A stretch of DNA of 64,000 nt from an uncultured Opitutaceae bacterium (GTDB lineage Bacteria > Verrucomicrobiota > Verrucomicrobiia > Opitutales > Opitutaceae). Shown piece after piece: positions 16,040-26,108 of this stretch. The notes under the pieces are model-generated. The model did not search any database and was not told the origin of the DNA. It saw nothing but the letters and a program-made list of their open reading frames with translations. The stretch spans positions 763-64,762 of the forward strand of contig CAZAFS010000001.1 of the NCBI GenBank assembly GCA_964484165.1, in the 5' to 3' direction. Each line of letters starts with the position of its first letter. Position 1 is the first letter of the stretch. Both the position numbers and the translations under genes were made by a program.

Positions 16040-17438
16040 GGCGTCCCATTCAATCTCTCATACTCAAGCTGTACCGCTGCTCTCAGGGGGCTCTGAGAAG
16101 TTGGCGAAGGGTCGAATCCGGGCTGCCAAGGCGAAACGGCGTCAGATCCGATTTCGTGGCTCGAACGAAAGGCTCGGCCCACCGCGGATGATTCGAGCAG
16201 AGCACGGTGTCATTTGGTCCGTTGGTCAAGGCCAGCTGCCTCGAATCCTGATAAAGAGACCCGATGCTCATGACTTTGTGCGACCAAGACGAATTCCAGC
16301 CAGCCGCACACTGTGCTGCGCGGGATGCGCGCGGCGATTTTGCGAGCATTGGCGTCCATCGACCGGTCGCGCAGCGCGTCGAAGCGAGCTCGGTCCGCGA
16401 GACACCGGCACGGGTCCCGCAGGTTTTCGCCTACCAGTTCAAAGTCAAACAGGCGATCGCCCAGCAGCACGGCATAATGCGGCCGCTTGGGTGTCAGCTT
16501 GCTCCACTTGCTTCACGATTCCACACCGCGGCCTGTTGGCCGGTGGTACGTCCAAACGGACGATACCCCAGTGCGCTGCAACGATCCCGACGAGCCGCAC
16601 GGCGGCACGAGTCAAGGCTGGCTCTGGGTGCTCAGTCGCCCCGACGGCGACGTCGTCTTCGATTGGCGGCTGCCGTGGCGGCATGGGGAGTTGGCCTCGC
16701 TACCGGCCGGCTATCGCGGTGTGCTCCAGTCGGATGGTTACGAGGCGTATGCCGTCTTCGCCCAGCAGAACGCCGGCGTGACGTGGGTCGGTTGTTGGGA
16801 GCATGGCCGGAAGCCCAAGCGGAATCGCCGAAGGCGGTGCGCGTCGTGCTCAAGCTGATCGCGCGACTGCATCGACTGGAACGCACCTGGGACGAGGCGG
16901 TCCTGACGGTCCCGGCCGAACGGGCGCAGCTACGCACCGCGGGTTTTGCCCGCGCGCTCGCGTGGCTTCATCGACTGGCGCTGGCCTTGCGCGCACGCGT
17001 GCTGCCCAAGTCGCTCCTCCGCCAAGCCTGCACCTGTCTGCTCGGCCACTGGACGCCGCTGACCGCGCACCGGCGCCACCGCCAGACCCGACTCGACACC
17101 AACTTGGTCGAAAACGCCGTCCGCCCCTCGGCGGTGGGCAAGAACTGGATGTTCATCGGCCATCTCGACGCCGGTCAGCGCTCCGGGATCCTCTACTCGA
17201 TTGTCGTCTCCTGCCAGCGGCACGGCAAAAACCCTCTAGGCTACCTGCGCGACGTGCTGCGCCGCCTGCCAGCCATGACGAATCAGGACGACCTCGCTGC
17301 GCTCACTCCCGCTTGCCGGCAACCGGCTTCCTGATCAGATTGCGATCGGTCACCATCCGGAATCCGGTTAGTGACTATCAGTAATTACGAATAGTCACTA
17401 TTCGTAGCTGCCAACGAGGCACCCGAGCGGATGTTTAC
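16040..17438 (+). mobile_element. IS66-family element remnant; tnpC is a pseudogene and tnpA/tnpB are missing
   Basis: Fragments lie in several + frames: LLSGGSEKL, YVQTDDTPVRCNDPDEPHGGTSQGWLWVLSRPDGDVVFDW...GVLQSDGYEAYAVF...VGCWEH, and ...QTRLDTNLVENAVRPSAVGKNWMFIGHLDAGQRSGILYSIVVSCQRHGKNPLGYLRDVLRRL. The terminal motif AACGAGGCACCCGAGCGGATGTTTAC ends at 17438. The left boundary is approximate. Confidence 0.7.
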
Positions 17439-17829
17439 AATTGCCTCGTGCATCGCAGCGAACACCAACCGATCCCGATCGTTGAGCCGATCGACCACCC
17501 AAAACAGAGCCACCGAGATCCACGCTGCGCGGGGCAGCGTATCGGCCGTGGGGGATATGGGCGAAATGGTCGGGGTGGAATCCAACGACAGTGAACATAC
17601 ACATGGGACATGACAGGCGCAATAGGCGCGATGTGGTCCAAAATTCCAGCCACTCATCCCGGAAGAGGGACGAATCCGACTGCAAAAGCAGTTCCAAGTC
17701 GCGAATCTCGGGCAAGAATTGGGTGTAGCGGGTAGCGTCCGACCGGGTACCTACGTCGGACGTATTGCTGGTAACCAATAGTACGTCCATGTGGGGACCA
17801 TCGATACATTGTGATGCGGCGGTTGTCAT
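17439..17829 (-). CDS. Unidentified ORF coupled to the tpiA-like gene (ATGA overlap); its 3' end runs into the IS66 terminus
   Basis: ORF 17398..17829 starts 4 nt inside the tpiA-like stop. A second frame (17385..17657) also reads into IS66-derived sequence (…IVNIRSGASLAAT). The ORF is probably truncated or frameshifted. No family was recognised. Confidence 0.25.
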
Positions 17830-18656
17830 GGGGCCAAGCAGCGGCGGATGATTTCAACCAGCCCGTCCGCCTCCCACGCAGATCGGCCGATGAACAATCC
17901 ATCGCAACCGCCATGGTGCAGGATGGAGGCGGCGTTATCACGGGAAACGCTGCCGCCGTAGAGGACGGGCACCTGGGTGCCGGCTCTACCGAGTGCATCC
18001 CGCAAAACCTTCCGGATGTGCGCGACCATATCGCGCACGTAGTCGGGCTCGGCCGGAACGCCTTCCGCGCCGATGGCCCACACCGGTTCGTAGGCGATCC
18101 AGACGCGCGCTATGTCTGCTTTGGCCAAGCGGTTCACCGCGATGCGCACCTGGCGTCCGAGCGTTTCGCCCGAAACTCCGAACTGCTTATCGTCCGCTTT
18201 CTCCCCGACACACACGAGCGCGCGCAGTCCATGTTTCACAGCATTGAGCACCTTCTGGTTAATGCGCCCATCGGTCTCGTTGAAGTATTCGCGACGCTCA
18301 CTATGCCCGAGTTCGATGAGGTCGGCGCCGAGGTCCACCAGCATGGGAGCTGAAATTTCTCCGGTGAACGCGCCCCAGTCGCACCAATGCATGTTCTGTG
18401 CTCCGACGAGGCAACGGCCCAACGTATGTTCCTTGACGGCGGCGATTGCCGTGAAAGGCGGGACCAGAAAGACCTGGACCTGTTCTAAGCCCGTGATCGT
18501 GTCGAGTTGCCGCACCAGCGATTTGGCATAGTCGATGGCTTCGCGTACCGTCTTGTTCATTTTCCAGCTGGTGCCGATGTAATACTTGGCTGGGGAGATT
18601 GCCTTCCCCTTTTGCCCCACCGGGCGAGTGGGTTGGGATGAGGGGGTGTGGTTCAT
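17826..18656 (-). CDS. tpiA: Triosephosphate isomerase family protein (paralogue-like, with about 24 extra N-terminal residues)
   Basis: The motifs are GTSWKMNKT, GAQNMHW, ELGHSERR, IAYEPVWAIGAEG and LYGGSV. The ATG at 18654-18656 directly abuts the IS3 inverted repeat that starts at 18657. Confidence 0.9.
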   Translation of the reverse strand: MNHTPSSQPTRPVGQKGKAISPAKYYIGTSWKMNKTVREAIDYAKSLVRQLDTITGLEQVQVFLVPPFTAIAAVKEHTLGRCLVGAQNMHWCDWGAFTGEISAPMLVDLGADLIELGHSERREYFNETDGRINQKVLNAVKHGLRALVCVGEKADDKQFGVSGETLGRQVRIAVNRLAKADIARVWIAYEPVWAIGAEGVPAEPDYVRDMVAHIRKVLRDALGRAGTQVPVLYGGSVSRDNAASILHHGGCDGLFIGRSAWEADGLVEIIRRCLAP

Positions 18657-19938
18657 TGATCCGACTTACCTTTTGGGACCAGGGCTAGAGTCGTTCCGAA
18701 AGTGATGAGGTTGGGTTGTCGGTGGTGGTTTGTCCATTCTTGGCGGAGGGAGGGCGCAGCCCGACCGGAGCCAAAGAAGGAGGAAGTTGGGCGGCGAAAA
18801 GGGCTGGGCTTGGGTAACGCAGTTTGCTGTGCGGCCGGCGTGTGTTGTATTGCTGACGGAGGTCCTCGATCACGACGCGGGATTCCGAGAGGGATCACGG
18901 TTGCTCGGGGTTGAGGCACTTGTCGCGGAATCGGCTGTGAAAGCTTTCCACGAAGCCGTTTTGCCAAGGGCTTCCGGGGTCGATGTAGATGGTGCGGATG
19001 CGCTGTTCTGCCAGCCAGCGCTGGACGATGTCGGCGATGAACTCTGAGCCGGTGTCGGAACACAGGCACTCCGGGGCGTCGTGCGCCTGGATGGCCTTGT
19101 GCAGCCACTCCAATACGTCTTCAGAGCGCAGGGCCCAGTCCGCCCGCAGCACAACATGGCACTCGCGGGTAAACTCGTCTAGGATGGTCAGCATGCGCAG
19201 GGCACCGCCGCGCACGGTGGCGTCAGCGATGAAGTCCCAGATCCAGACGCGGCCGCGGTGCGTCGCCTTGGTGGGCAGTCCCGTCGGAGTGGCCGCGGCG
19301 GATGATCTTCCGCTTGGTCGGCGGTACCCGCAGACCCGCATGCCGCCGCAGCTTCTGGATCGAACGCTTGCCCACCGGCCAGCCTTTCTGGCGCAGTAAC
19401 GCCGCGATCCGGCGGTAGCCATACCGGGGATACTGCCCCGAGAGCTGCTCCCGCCGAGTCAGCAGCCGTTGCTGCCGGGGCGAAAGCCCGCGCTGGGGAT
19501 AATGGTAAGTCGAGCGTGCCAGGTGCAGGATTCGGCACACTGCCCGCCTGGAGCACACTCCGTCATGAACGGCGGCTTGCGTCGCCTGCTTCTTGTGCCC
19601 CGGGCTCATAATTTTTGCGCCCACGTACTCCAGCACCCACTTGGCCAGCAGGGCATCGGCGAGCATCTTCTTGAGCTCGGTGTTCTCCTTCTCCAGCTAC
19701 TTCAGCCGCCGGGCCTCGTTGAGGTCCATCTGGCCGAACTGGCGCTCCCAGCCGTGGAAGGTCACGTCCGAGATATTAGACTCCTTGCTCGTCTCCGTGA
19801 TGTTGCCGCGCTGATCGGCGTCCCGGAGGATCCGAATCTTCTCCTGGGTGGTGAAGCGTTTGCCCTTCATGGTCTGGGTTCCTTTCGTTTGAGCCCAGAC
19901 CAAGTCATCACCCGGTCCAAGAAAGGCGAGTCACGTTA
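18657..19938 (-). mobile_element. IS3-family insertion sequence, full-length but degenerate
   Basis: orfA is 19697-19903 (MKGKRFTTQEKIRILRDA... ending RRLK*, with LEKENTELKKML continuing in frame after a TAG). The orfB rve-type pieces lie in three or more frames: RYGYRRIAALLRQKGWPVGKRSIQKL, ILDEFTRECH...SDTGSEFIA...IDPGSPWQNGFVESFH and YNTRRPHS. The imperfect IRs are TGATCCGACTTACCTTTTGGGACC (18657-) and TAACGTGACTCGCCTTTCTTGGACC (reverse complement ending at 19938). Confidence 0.8.
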
Positions 19939-19981
19939 CGCAGATTGACAGCAGGCGATCCGCACCCAATCTTGCGCCGTC

Positions 19982-21076
19982 ATGACAATGCTGCCACGGC
20001 GGGATTCACTGGTCAGCCAGACCGTCAGCATTCTCGGGGAGGAAATTGGGAAAGGGACATGGTCTCATTGGCTACCAGGTGAGCGAGCACTTTGTGACAT
20101 GCTGCAGGTTAGTCGAAACACACTGCGTGCCGCCTTGATGCAGATGAAGCATAATGGTGTGATCCGGCCGGTGCCCGGTGCAGGCAACCAAATCTTGGCT
20201 ATTGTTCCGGCGAGGCAGCCAAGCCTGCAGTCGCAGGATGTGGCAATACTGACGCCGGATCCCCTGGAACAAATGCGTCCCAACCAGACTTTGTGGATCG
20301 ACGAACTGCGGGGGTTGCTAAGCGAACAAAGTTGCCGCCTTCACGTCTTTTGTGGGCGCCAGTATTTCCGCACGAATTCCGGTTTGGCACTACAAAAACT
20401 GGTCAACCGCAATCCGCACGGCTGCTGGATTCTGGTCCTATCGAACGAAAACGTGCAAAGCTGGTTCGCCAAGGCCGGATTACCCTGCCTTGTGGCAGGT
20501 TCGATCTACCCCGGGGTGGACTTGCCGTCCCGCGATCTCGATCATCGCGCCATGTGCCGGCATGCAGCTGGCGTATTGCTCGGCTTGGGGCATCGCAAAA
20601 TGGCACTAATCACGCGTAAATCCCACGGAGCGGGCGACGTGGAAAGCGAGGTTGGATTCATTGAAGGGGTGGCGCAATCTTCCCATGCCAATACAGAATC
20701 GGTAGTGGTCTATCACGAATCGACCCCAGCGAGCGTCTGCAACGTGGTGCACCGCCTTAGAGAACAACAGCATCCTCCCACCGCATTGCTTGTGGGCAAT
20801 CCGTATTGCTATCTCACGGTGACAAGTCGACTGGCGCAGATGGGTGTGCGTGTGCCGCAGGATGTGTCGGTCATTTCCCGCGACGAGGATGTATTTTTGT
20901 CCTTCCTGATGCCGACACCAGCGCGCTACGTCGTGAGCCCGCACACAATAGCCAAGACCCTGCTACGACCGGTGTGCGAGTTGCTCGAAGGCAAGGTGGT
21001 GACACAGCGGACGATCCGCATCATGCCGGATTTCATATTGGGAAGATCCGTGGCCCGACCGCAGGCTGCGCCTTGA
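19982..21076 (+). CDS. Transcriptional regulator with a GntR-type winged HTH and a periplasmic-binding-protein-like sugar sensor
   Basis: The N-terminus, LPGERALCDMLQVSRNTLRAALMQMKHNGVIRP, is a GntR-type HTH. The remaining roughly 280 aa are LacI/PBP1-like (ALITRKSHGAGDVESEVGF..., VPQDVSVISRDED). Confidence 0.75.
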   Translation: MTMLPRRDSLVSQTVSILGEEIGKGTWSHWLPGERALCDMLQVSRNTLRAALMQMKHNGVIRPVPGAGNQILAIVPARQPSLQSQDVAILTPDPLEQMRPNQTLWIDELRGLLSEQSCRLHVFCGRQYFRTNSGLALQKLVNRNPHGCWILVLSNENVQSWFAKAGLPCLVAGSIYPGVDLPSRDLDHRAMCRHAAGVLLGLGHRKMALITRKSHGAGDVESEVGFIEGVAQSSHANTESVVVYHESTPASVCNVVHRLREQQHPPTALLVGNPYCYLTVTSRLAQMGVRVPQDVSVISRDEDVFLSFLMPTPARYVVSPHTIAKTLLRPVCELLEGKVVTQRTIRIMPDFILGRSVARPQAAP

Positions 21077-21243
21077 GCAAACCGGGCGCGCGGGACACGG
21101 GCGCCGCGAGTGGTATTGAAAGGGCACCACGACAAAATCATTCCACTGGGAGATCGTAACCTTTAGGTAGGAAAAAAATGCAAGCACGAGCCCGAGAACT
21201 CCGGCATTCCGATTTATTATCCGCCTCCGTCGCACCCCGGGCG

Positions 21244-22056
21244 ATGAATCCGACTGAACTCAAAAAGGCTCTCAAATCCGGCCGGCGGGTCTACGGCACT
21301 TTGATCGTTTCGCCCTCGCCCCGGTGGCCCGACACGGTAGCGGGACTCGGGCTCGATTTCGTCTTCATCGACACCGAACACATCGCGCTCGACCGCGCCC
21401 AATTGTCATGGATGTGTCAGACCTATCGCGCACTAGGTCTGCCACCGTTGGTTCGCATCCCGGCGCCCGATCCTTCCCAGGCGTGCATGGCGCTCGACGG
21501 TGGCGCGGCCGGCATCATCGCCCCCTACGTTGAGACGGTGGAGCAGGTGCAGGCGCTGCGTGGGGCGGTGAAGTTTCGGCCGCTGAAGGGCGAGCGGCTG
21601 GCCGCCGCGCTGCGCGATCCTGGCGGGCTGGAGCCGAAGCTAGCGGCCTATCTCGAGCGGAACAACCGCGACAGCCTACTCATCATCAACATCGAGAGCA
21701 GACCTGCGCTGGAGCGGCTCGACGAGCTCCTCGCCGTGCCTGACTTGGACGCTGTGCAAATCGGCCCACACGACCTATCGTGCAGTCTGGGGATTCCCGA
21801 ACAGTATGCTCATCCGCTTTTTGAGGAGGCTGTGCGCACGATCATCCGCAAGGCACGCGCCCATGGGGTGGCGGCAGGCATGCATGCGTGGGTTGGGATT
21901 GAGCGTTTTGTCGAGTGGGCCGGTGCGGGGTTGAATTTTATCATCTACAGCGCCGACACCCTCGCGATGCGCGACAAGCTGACGGCCGACCTGCGCGAGT
22001 TGCGGGCCCGGCTGGGCGATACGCCGGCTGCCACCGGTGTGGCAGACAATATCTGA
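21244..22056 (+). CDS. HpcH/HpaI-family 2-keto-3-deoxy-sugar-acid aldolase
   Basis: This is ORF 21178..22056 trimmed to the ATG at 21244. The motifs are GLDFVFIDTEHIALD, PLVRIP, GIIAPYVETVEQV and QIGPHDLSCSLG. Confidence 0.85.
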   Translation: MNPTELKKALKSGRRVYGTLIVSPSPRWPDTVAGLGLDFVFIDTEHIALDRAQLSWMCQTYRALGLPPLVRIPAPDPSQACMALDGGAAGIIAPYVETVEQVQALRGAVKFRPLKGERLAAALRDPGGLEPKLAAYLERNNRDSLLIINIESRPALERLDELLAVPDLDAVQIGPHDLSCSLGIPEQYAHPLFEEAVRTIIRKARAHGVAAGMHAWVGIERFVEWAGAGLNFIIYSADTLAMRDKLTADLRELRARLGDTPAATGVADNI

Positions 22057-22069
22057 GACGCCGACCAGA

Positions 22070-22567
22070 CTAGCTTTTGTCTTCGTAGAACCAGCCGGTA
22101 GGCACGCGGGCCTGCTCGAGGTCGCGCCAGCTGGCGGCGGGATGGTCCAGATCCAACGCCAGGAATGCCTTTCGTGCCGCCGTCGCGTTGGGCTGCTCGA
22201 GTCCGCCCACGACATAAACGATACGACCGAGTAGCGCGCCCGTGTGCATTGCCAGCGGCATCGGCACAGGTGGCAGGTTTTTATTCGCGACCATTTGCCC
22301 GTACCAGCGTGCGAGTAGTACGCGGGTGAAAATTTCTGACGCATCGCCCCCGCCGATCAATAGCACGCCTTCGAGCATGGCGACCGACAGACCGTGACCG
22401 GCGGGGTGCGGCAACCGGCCGGCTGCGCGCCAGACATTCCCGAGTTTCTCCAAGACAAAGAGGGAATTGTGCCAGACCTTCGTGCAGCCCTCCCATGGAC
22501 GCAGGGCCGGTAAATTGGCGTCTCCACCGACTAGGAGCGCGCGGAGCGGCGGAATTCGGTTCCGCAT
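22070..22567 (-). CDS. Kelch-repeat (NanM/YjhT mutarotase-like) protein, probably a fragment
   Basis: Kelch-like units are present: GVLLIGGGDA..., GRIVYVVGGLEQPNATAARKAFLALDLDHPAASWRDL. The ORF is only 165 aa and has no signal peptide, whereas the family is usually about twice as long. Confidence 0.45.
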   Translation of the reverse strand: MRNRIPPLRALLVGGDANLPALRPWEGCTKVWHNSLFVLEKLGNVWRAAGRLPHPAGHGLSVAMLEGVLLIGGGDASEIFTRVLLARWYGQMVANKNLPPVPMPLAMHTGALLGRIVYVVGGLEQPNATAARKAFLALDLDHPAASWRDLEQARVPTGWFYEDKS

Positions 22568-22696
22568 ACTGGCCTTTAAAATGAACCACTTGTTCTTGCT
22601 TGAAGGAAGTCTTGGGCGCGGAAGATGACATTATGCGCTAAAAGCACGGCGTGCCGTGCGATGTACTCCAACACGGTTACCCTACCACCGCAGACT

Positions 22697-25600
22697 ATGA
22701 ATACACCCCGATTCCGTTCACGGTTTTCCCCCATTGTTGTATTGGCCTTGAGCCAGTTCGTTCCGTCATTGATCCTGGGTCAACCCAGCTCCCCCACAAA
22801 CTCGGCCGCATCCTCGGAAGACGACAAAATCGTCGTGATGAGCCCGTTCACCGTTTCGGCCGAAAGCGACCAGGGTTACCGCGCCACATCCACCCTGGCG
22901 GGGACACGTATCAACACATCGCTCCGCGATATCGGGACCTCGATCCAGGCTATCACGCCGGAGTTCCTCGATGACACGGGAATCACCAATGTCACGGAGC
23001 TGCTCCTTTACACCACCAGCACCGAGGTTACCGGTGGTGAGGGTGGGAATTTCACCAACGCCGCCGGTACGTCAGTCGCGCCCGCGTTTTTTTCGAGCGC
23101 CTACAACACCCGCCTCGAATCGGCTCCGACCCGCATCCGCGGACTCGCCAACGCCTCGATTTCGCGAAACCTCTTCGCGACGGTCATGCCCTTCGACAGC
23201 TATAACGTCAGCCGCGTCGAAGTGAACCGCGGAGCCAACAGCATCCTTTTTGGTCTCGGCTCCCCGGCCGGAATCATCAATTACAACCTGGCAGAGGTAA
23301 AATGGCGAAACGGTGGCAGTTACGAAGCGCGTTTTGACAACTACGGCAGCTTCCGCACCGTTCTCGACATCAACGAAGTGGTCGTGAAGAACAAACTCGC
23401 CTTCCGCGTTATCGGCCTGAGTGACAAGACCAAATACAAGCAGGATCCTTCTTATAATAACAACCAGCGCTATTTTGCCACGGTCTCGTACCGGCCGTCT
23501 AAAAACACCACCCTTTCGGCCAGCTTCGAAAAGGGCTGGATCAACTCCTCGCTACCCCGCCAGAGCCCTCCACTCGACTACCTGACACACTTCTTCACTA
23601 CGGGCATGGTAGGGGTGCCCAACAACACCGACTACCGCGACGCCTCGACAAATGCCGCCTACATTACCCTGGACAGCGGAGCAGGGGGCAATCTCCGCAT
23701 CTTCGACAGTCCGACCTCCAGCGGCACGAACGATGCCTTCATCCAATACCCTGACTCGACTCTCGGGAAGGGGGTGGTGAATCTTGCGGCGATCAACCCG
23801 GCCCGGGCCAATGATTTCCGCTACCGAAGGGTGGCCATGCAAAATGCCCAGAATTACGTCATCAGCGTCTACCACAACCCTCTCGGGTCTAGTGCCTATG
23901 CCCTTAACTTGATTGACCCGACAGTTTTCGATTTCTTCAACAACACTATCGATGGCACGGCCTCCACCCAGTACGGGCGCATCACGGCGGTCAATGTCTC
24001 GCTTCGTCAGGAATTCCTGAAAGGCAATGCCGGCATCGAGGTCAGCTACGACGCGCAGACTTACAATGACGGTTACTTTGACGCGCTGGACGGCATTCGA
24101 GGCAATGCTCTCATGCTCGACATCAGCCAGGGCCAGTTTGCCTATGCCACGCCCGGAAACCCGAGCTCGGGCTTGGCACTTAATCCGAACTACCTTCGGC
24201 CCAACGTCGGCTCCCGCAGCGCCTTCTCAAATCGCTTTAACGACGACCGGTCCGAGCGGGCGACCGCCTTTTTCCGCCACGACTTCACCCAACATTCGGG
24301 TGGCTTCCTGGCCAAACTGCTCGGTCGCCAGGACCTCACCATGCTGGCCTCCAGCTACCGGGCCGACACACATTCCCTATCCGGGCAGGGGCAAATCATG
24401 AACTACGACGACCTGCGCGCCATCGGCTTTTCCGATGCGGCTGCGAGGAACAACAGCGGCGTCGGCAGTCTCTTCTACCTCGGCGACTCAGTGGCCGGCC
24501 GGACCACCGCCCACGATCTCAATCTGACGGGGTACAAGGGCGGCTTCACCTTTGCGGATAGTGTGAACATCGGCTTTATCAATTCGGCAAACCAGATTCA
24601 GTCCGCCTCGGTTCGGGTGCTCAACCTCGACAATGAATCCCATGATCGGCTGGCCACAGGCGGAGCCATCGCCCGTGATACCCTCAATACCCTGGCCGGG
24701 GTCCTGCAGAGCCATTGGTGGGACGGCGTTTTCATAACCACGCTTGGCTGGAGGGAGGACACGGCGAAACGATACACCAACAGCGCATTTTCGACACGAA
24801 CGGATGGGACCATCATCTACGATTCATCCAAACTCAATACCGCCACGCCCCTGGCCTCGGCGAACGACAAGACAACCACCTACAACGGCGTCATTCGACT
24901 CAACAAGATTGTCGGTCGTCGCATGCCGGAAGGCGTCGATGTGGACTTTCATTACGGATATTCGGAGAACTTCCAAGGCCTATCGGGCGCGCGCAGCGTC
25001 AATGGCGGCTTTTATGAGGCCCCTATTGGCAATACGAAGGAACTCGGATTCAGCATGGATCTTTTCAATCAAAAGCTGTCCTTCCGCGCCAACTGGTTCG
25101 AGACCTCCCAGAAAAACTTGGCCGACACCGACATCGATGGGTCCATTAACACGATTGTATTTCAGCTTCCGAGTCGCCTCTACAAGCAGTACACGGTCGC
25201 CCAGCTCCAGGCAGCTGGCTTCGCCATGCCGCCGAGCGCCATCGCCTCCGGATGCTTCCAGCTCGGCCCTCCCAATGTAAACGGTTTCTCGGCGTATTCC
25301 CTCCTTTTTCAAGGTCAGGATATAGATTCGGCCGTCTCGAAGGGATTCGAACTCGAGATCAACTCCAATGTGACCAGCAACTGGCGCATGGCCGTCAACG
25401 TTGCCAAGGTGCAATGCGTCCAAAGTGGCAAGGGGCTGAACTGGGCGCCGACCGTCGACTGGGTGAATACGAACTGGTTCAAAAAACCGTCGGTGGCATC
25501 CCTTATCACCGGCGAGGGTGGATCACTGGATCCGGTTTCCGGGTGGGAGCAACGAGCGGTCGAAGACTTCATCAGCGCCCAGCAACGCGATGGAGCCTCG

Positions 25601-26044
25601 AATCCCGAGATTCGCAAGTGGCGCGTGAATGCGATCACCAACTACTCGTTTGCCCAAAACTCCCGTCTGAAGGGCTTCGGGGTGGGCGGTGGGGTCCGCT
25701 ACCAGGACCACGTCTTCCTTGGTTATCTCGGCAAGGTGAACCCGGCCAATCCCTCGGGGGCGTATATTGATGATATCACCAAGCCGACTTATGGGCCCAG
25801 CGAAACCGACTTCGATTTCTGGATCTCCTATCAGCGCCGTGTATTTAACGACAAGGTGCGCTGGAAGCTCCAGCTGAACATCCGCAACGCATTCACCAAC
25901 GACAAGCTGATTCCCATTAGGTCGCAACCAGTCGACGTCTATTCGCAGTACCCGGCTTTCGATGGATACAAGGCCAGTGGCTATATGCTTTATCGCATCG
26001 CCGCACCCCGCACGATCGAGCTGCGTTCGACGTTCGAGTTCTAA
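22697..26044 (+). CDS. TonB-dependent outer-membrane receptor (very large, PVC-type)
   Basis: This is ORF 22625..26044 trimmed to the ATG at 22697 (MNTPRFRSRFSPIVVLAL, a signal peptide). The plug region reads VMSPFTVSAESDQGYRATSTLAGTRINTSLRDIGTSIQAITPEFLDD...VEVNRGANSILFGLGSPAGIIN. The C-terminus ends ...ELRSTFEF, with a terminal aromatic residue. Confidence 0.9.
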   Translation: MNTPRFRSRFSPIVVLALSQFVPSLILGQPSSPTNSAASSEDDKIVVMSPFTVSAESDQGYRATSTLAGTRINTSLRDIGTSIQAITPEFLDDTGITNVTELLLYTTSTEVTGGEGGNFTNAAGTSVAPAFFSSAYNTRLESAPTRIRGLANASISRNLFATVMPFDSYNVSRVEVNRGANSILFGLGSPAGIINYNLAEVKWRNGGSYEARFDNYGSFRTVLDINEVVVKNKLAFRVIGLSDKTKYKQDPSYNNNQRYFATVSYRPSKNTTLSASFEKGWINSSLPRQSPPLDYLTHFFTTGMVGVPNNTDYRDASTNAAYITLDSGAGGNLRIFDSPTSSGTNDAFIQYPDSTLGKGVVNLAAINPARANDFRYRRVAMQNAQNYVISVYHNPLGSSAYALNLIDPTVFDFFNNTIDGTASTQYGRITAVNVSLRQEFLKGNAGIEVSYDAQTYNDGYFDALDGIRGNALMLDISQGQFAYATPGNPSSGLALNPNYLRPNVGSRSAFSNRFNDDRSERATAFFRHDFTQHSGGFLAKLLGRQDLTMLASSYRADTHSLSGQGQIMNYDDLRAIGFSDAAARNNSGVGSLFYLGDSVAGRTTAHDLNLTGYKGGFTFADSVNIGFINSANQIQSASVRVLNLDNESHDRLATGGAIARDTLNTLAGVLQSHWWDGVFITTLGWREDTAKRYTNSAFSTRTDGTIIYDSSKLNTATPLASANDKTTTYNGVIRLNKIVGRRMPEGVDVDFHYGYSENFQGLSGARSVNGGFYEAPIGNTKELGFSMDLFNQKLSFRANWFETSQKNLADTDIDGSINTIVFQLPSRLYKQYTVAQLQAAGFAMPPSAIASGCFQLGPPNVNGFSAYSLLFQGQDIDSAVSKGFELEINSNVTSNWRMAVNVAKVQCVQSGKGLNWAPTVDWVNTNWFKKPSVASLITGEGGSLDPVSGWEQRAVEDFISAQQRDGASNPEIRKWRVNAITNYSFAQNSRLKGFGVGGGVRYQDHVFLGYLGKVNPANPSGAYIDDITKPTYGPSETDFDFWISYQRRVFNDKVRWKLQLNIRNAFTNDKLIPIRSQPVDVYSQYPAFDGYKASGYMLYRIAAPRTIELRSTFEF

Positions 26045-26108
26045 AATCCGGCGCGGCGGCACACCTTCCCAAGTCCGCTTGGTGACAGCGAGGGGTTGTC
26101 ACCTTCGG

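Noticed and set aside
16210-16470. The minus-strand translation (…DALRDRSMDANARKIAARIPRSTVCGWLEF…) resembles the PLYRQ...RSTLxxW block of IS66 TnpC. This would suggest a roughly 230-bp inverted segment inside the IS66 remnant.
   Set aside because: The plus strand of the same DNA can also be read as a degenerate zinc-finger region of TnpC, so the similarity is short and ambiguous. I cannot resolve this by eye and have left it as part of the scrambled remnant.
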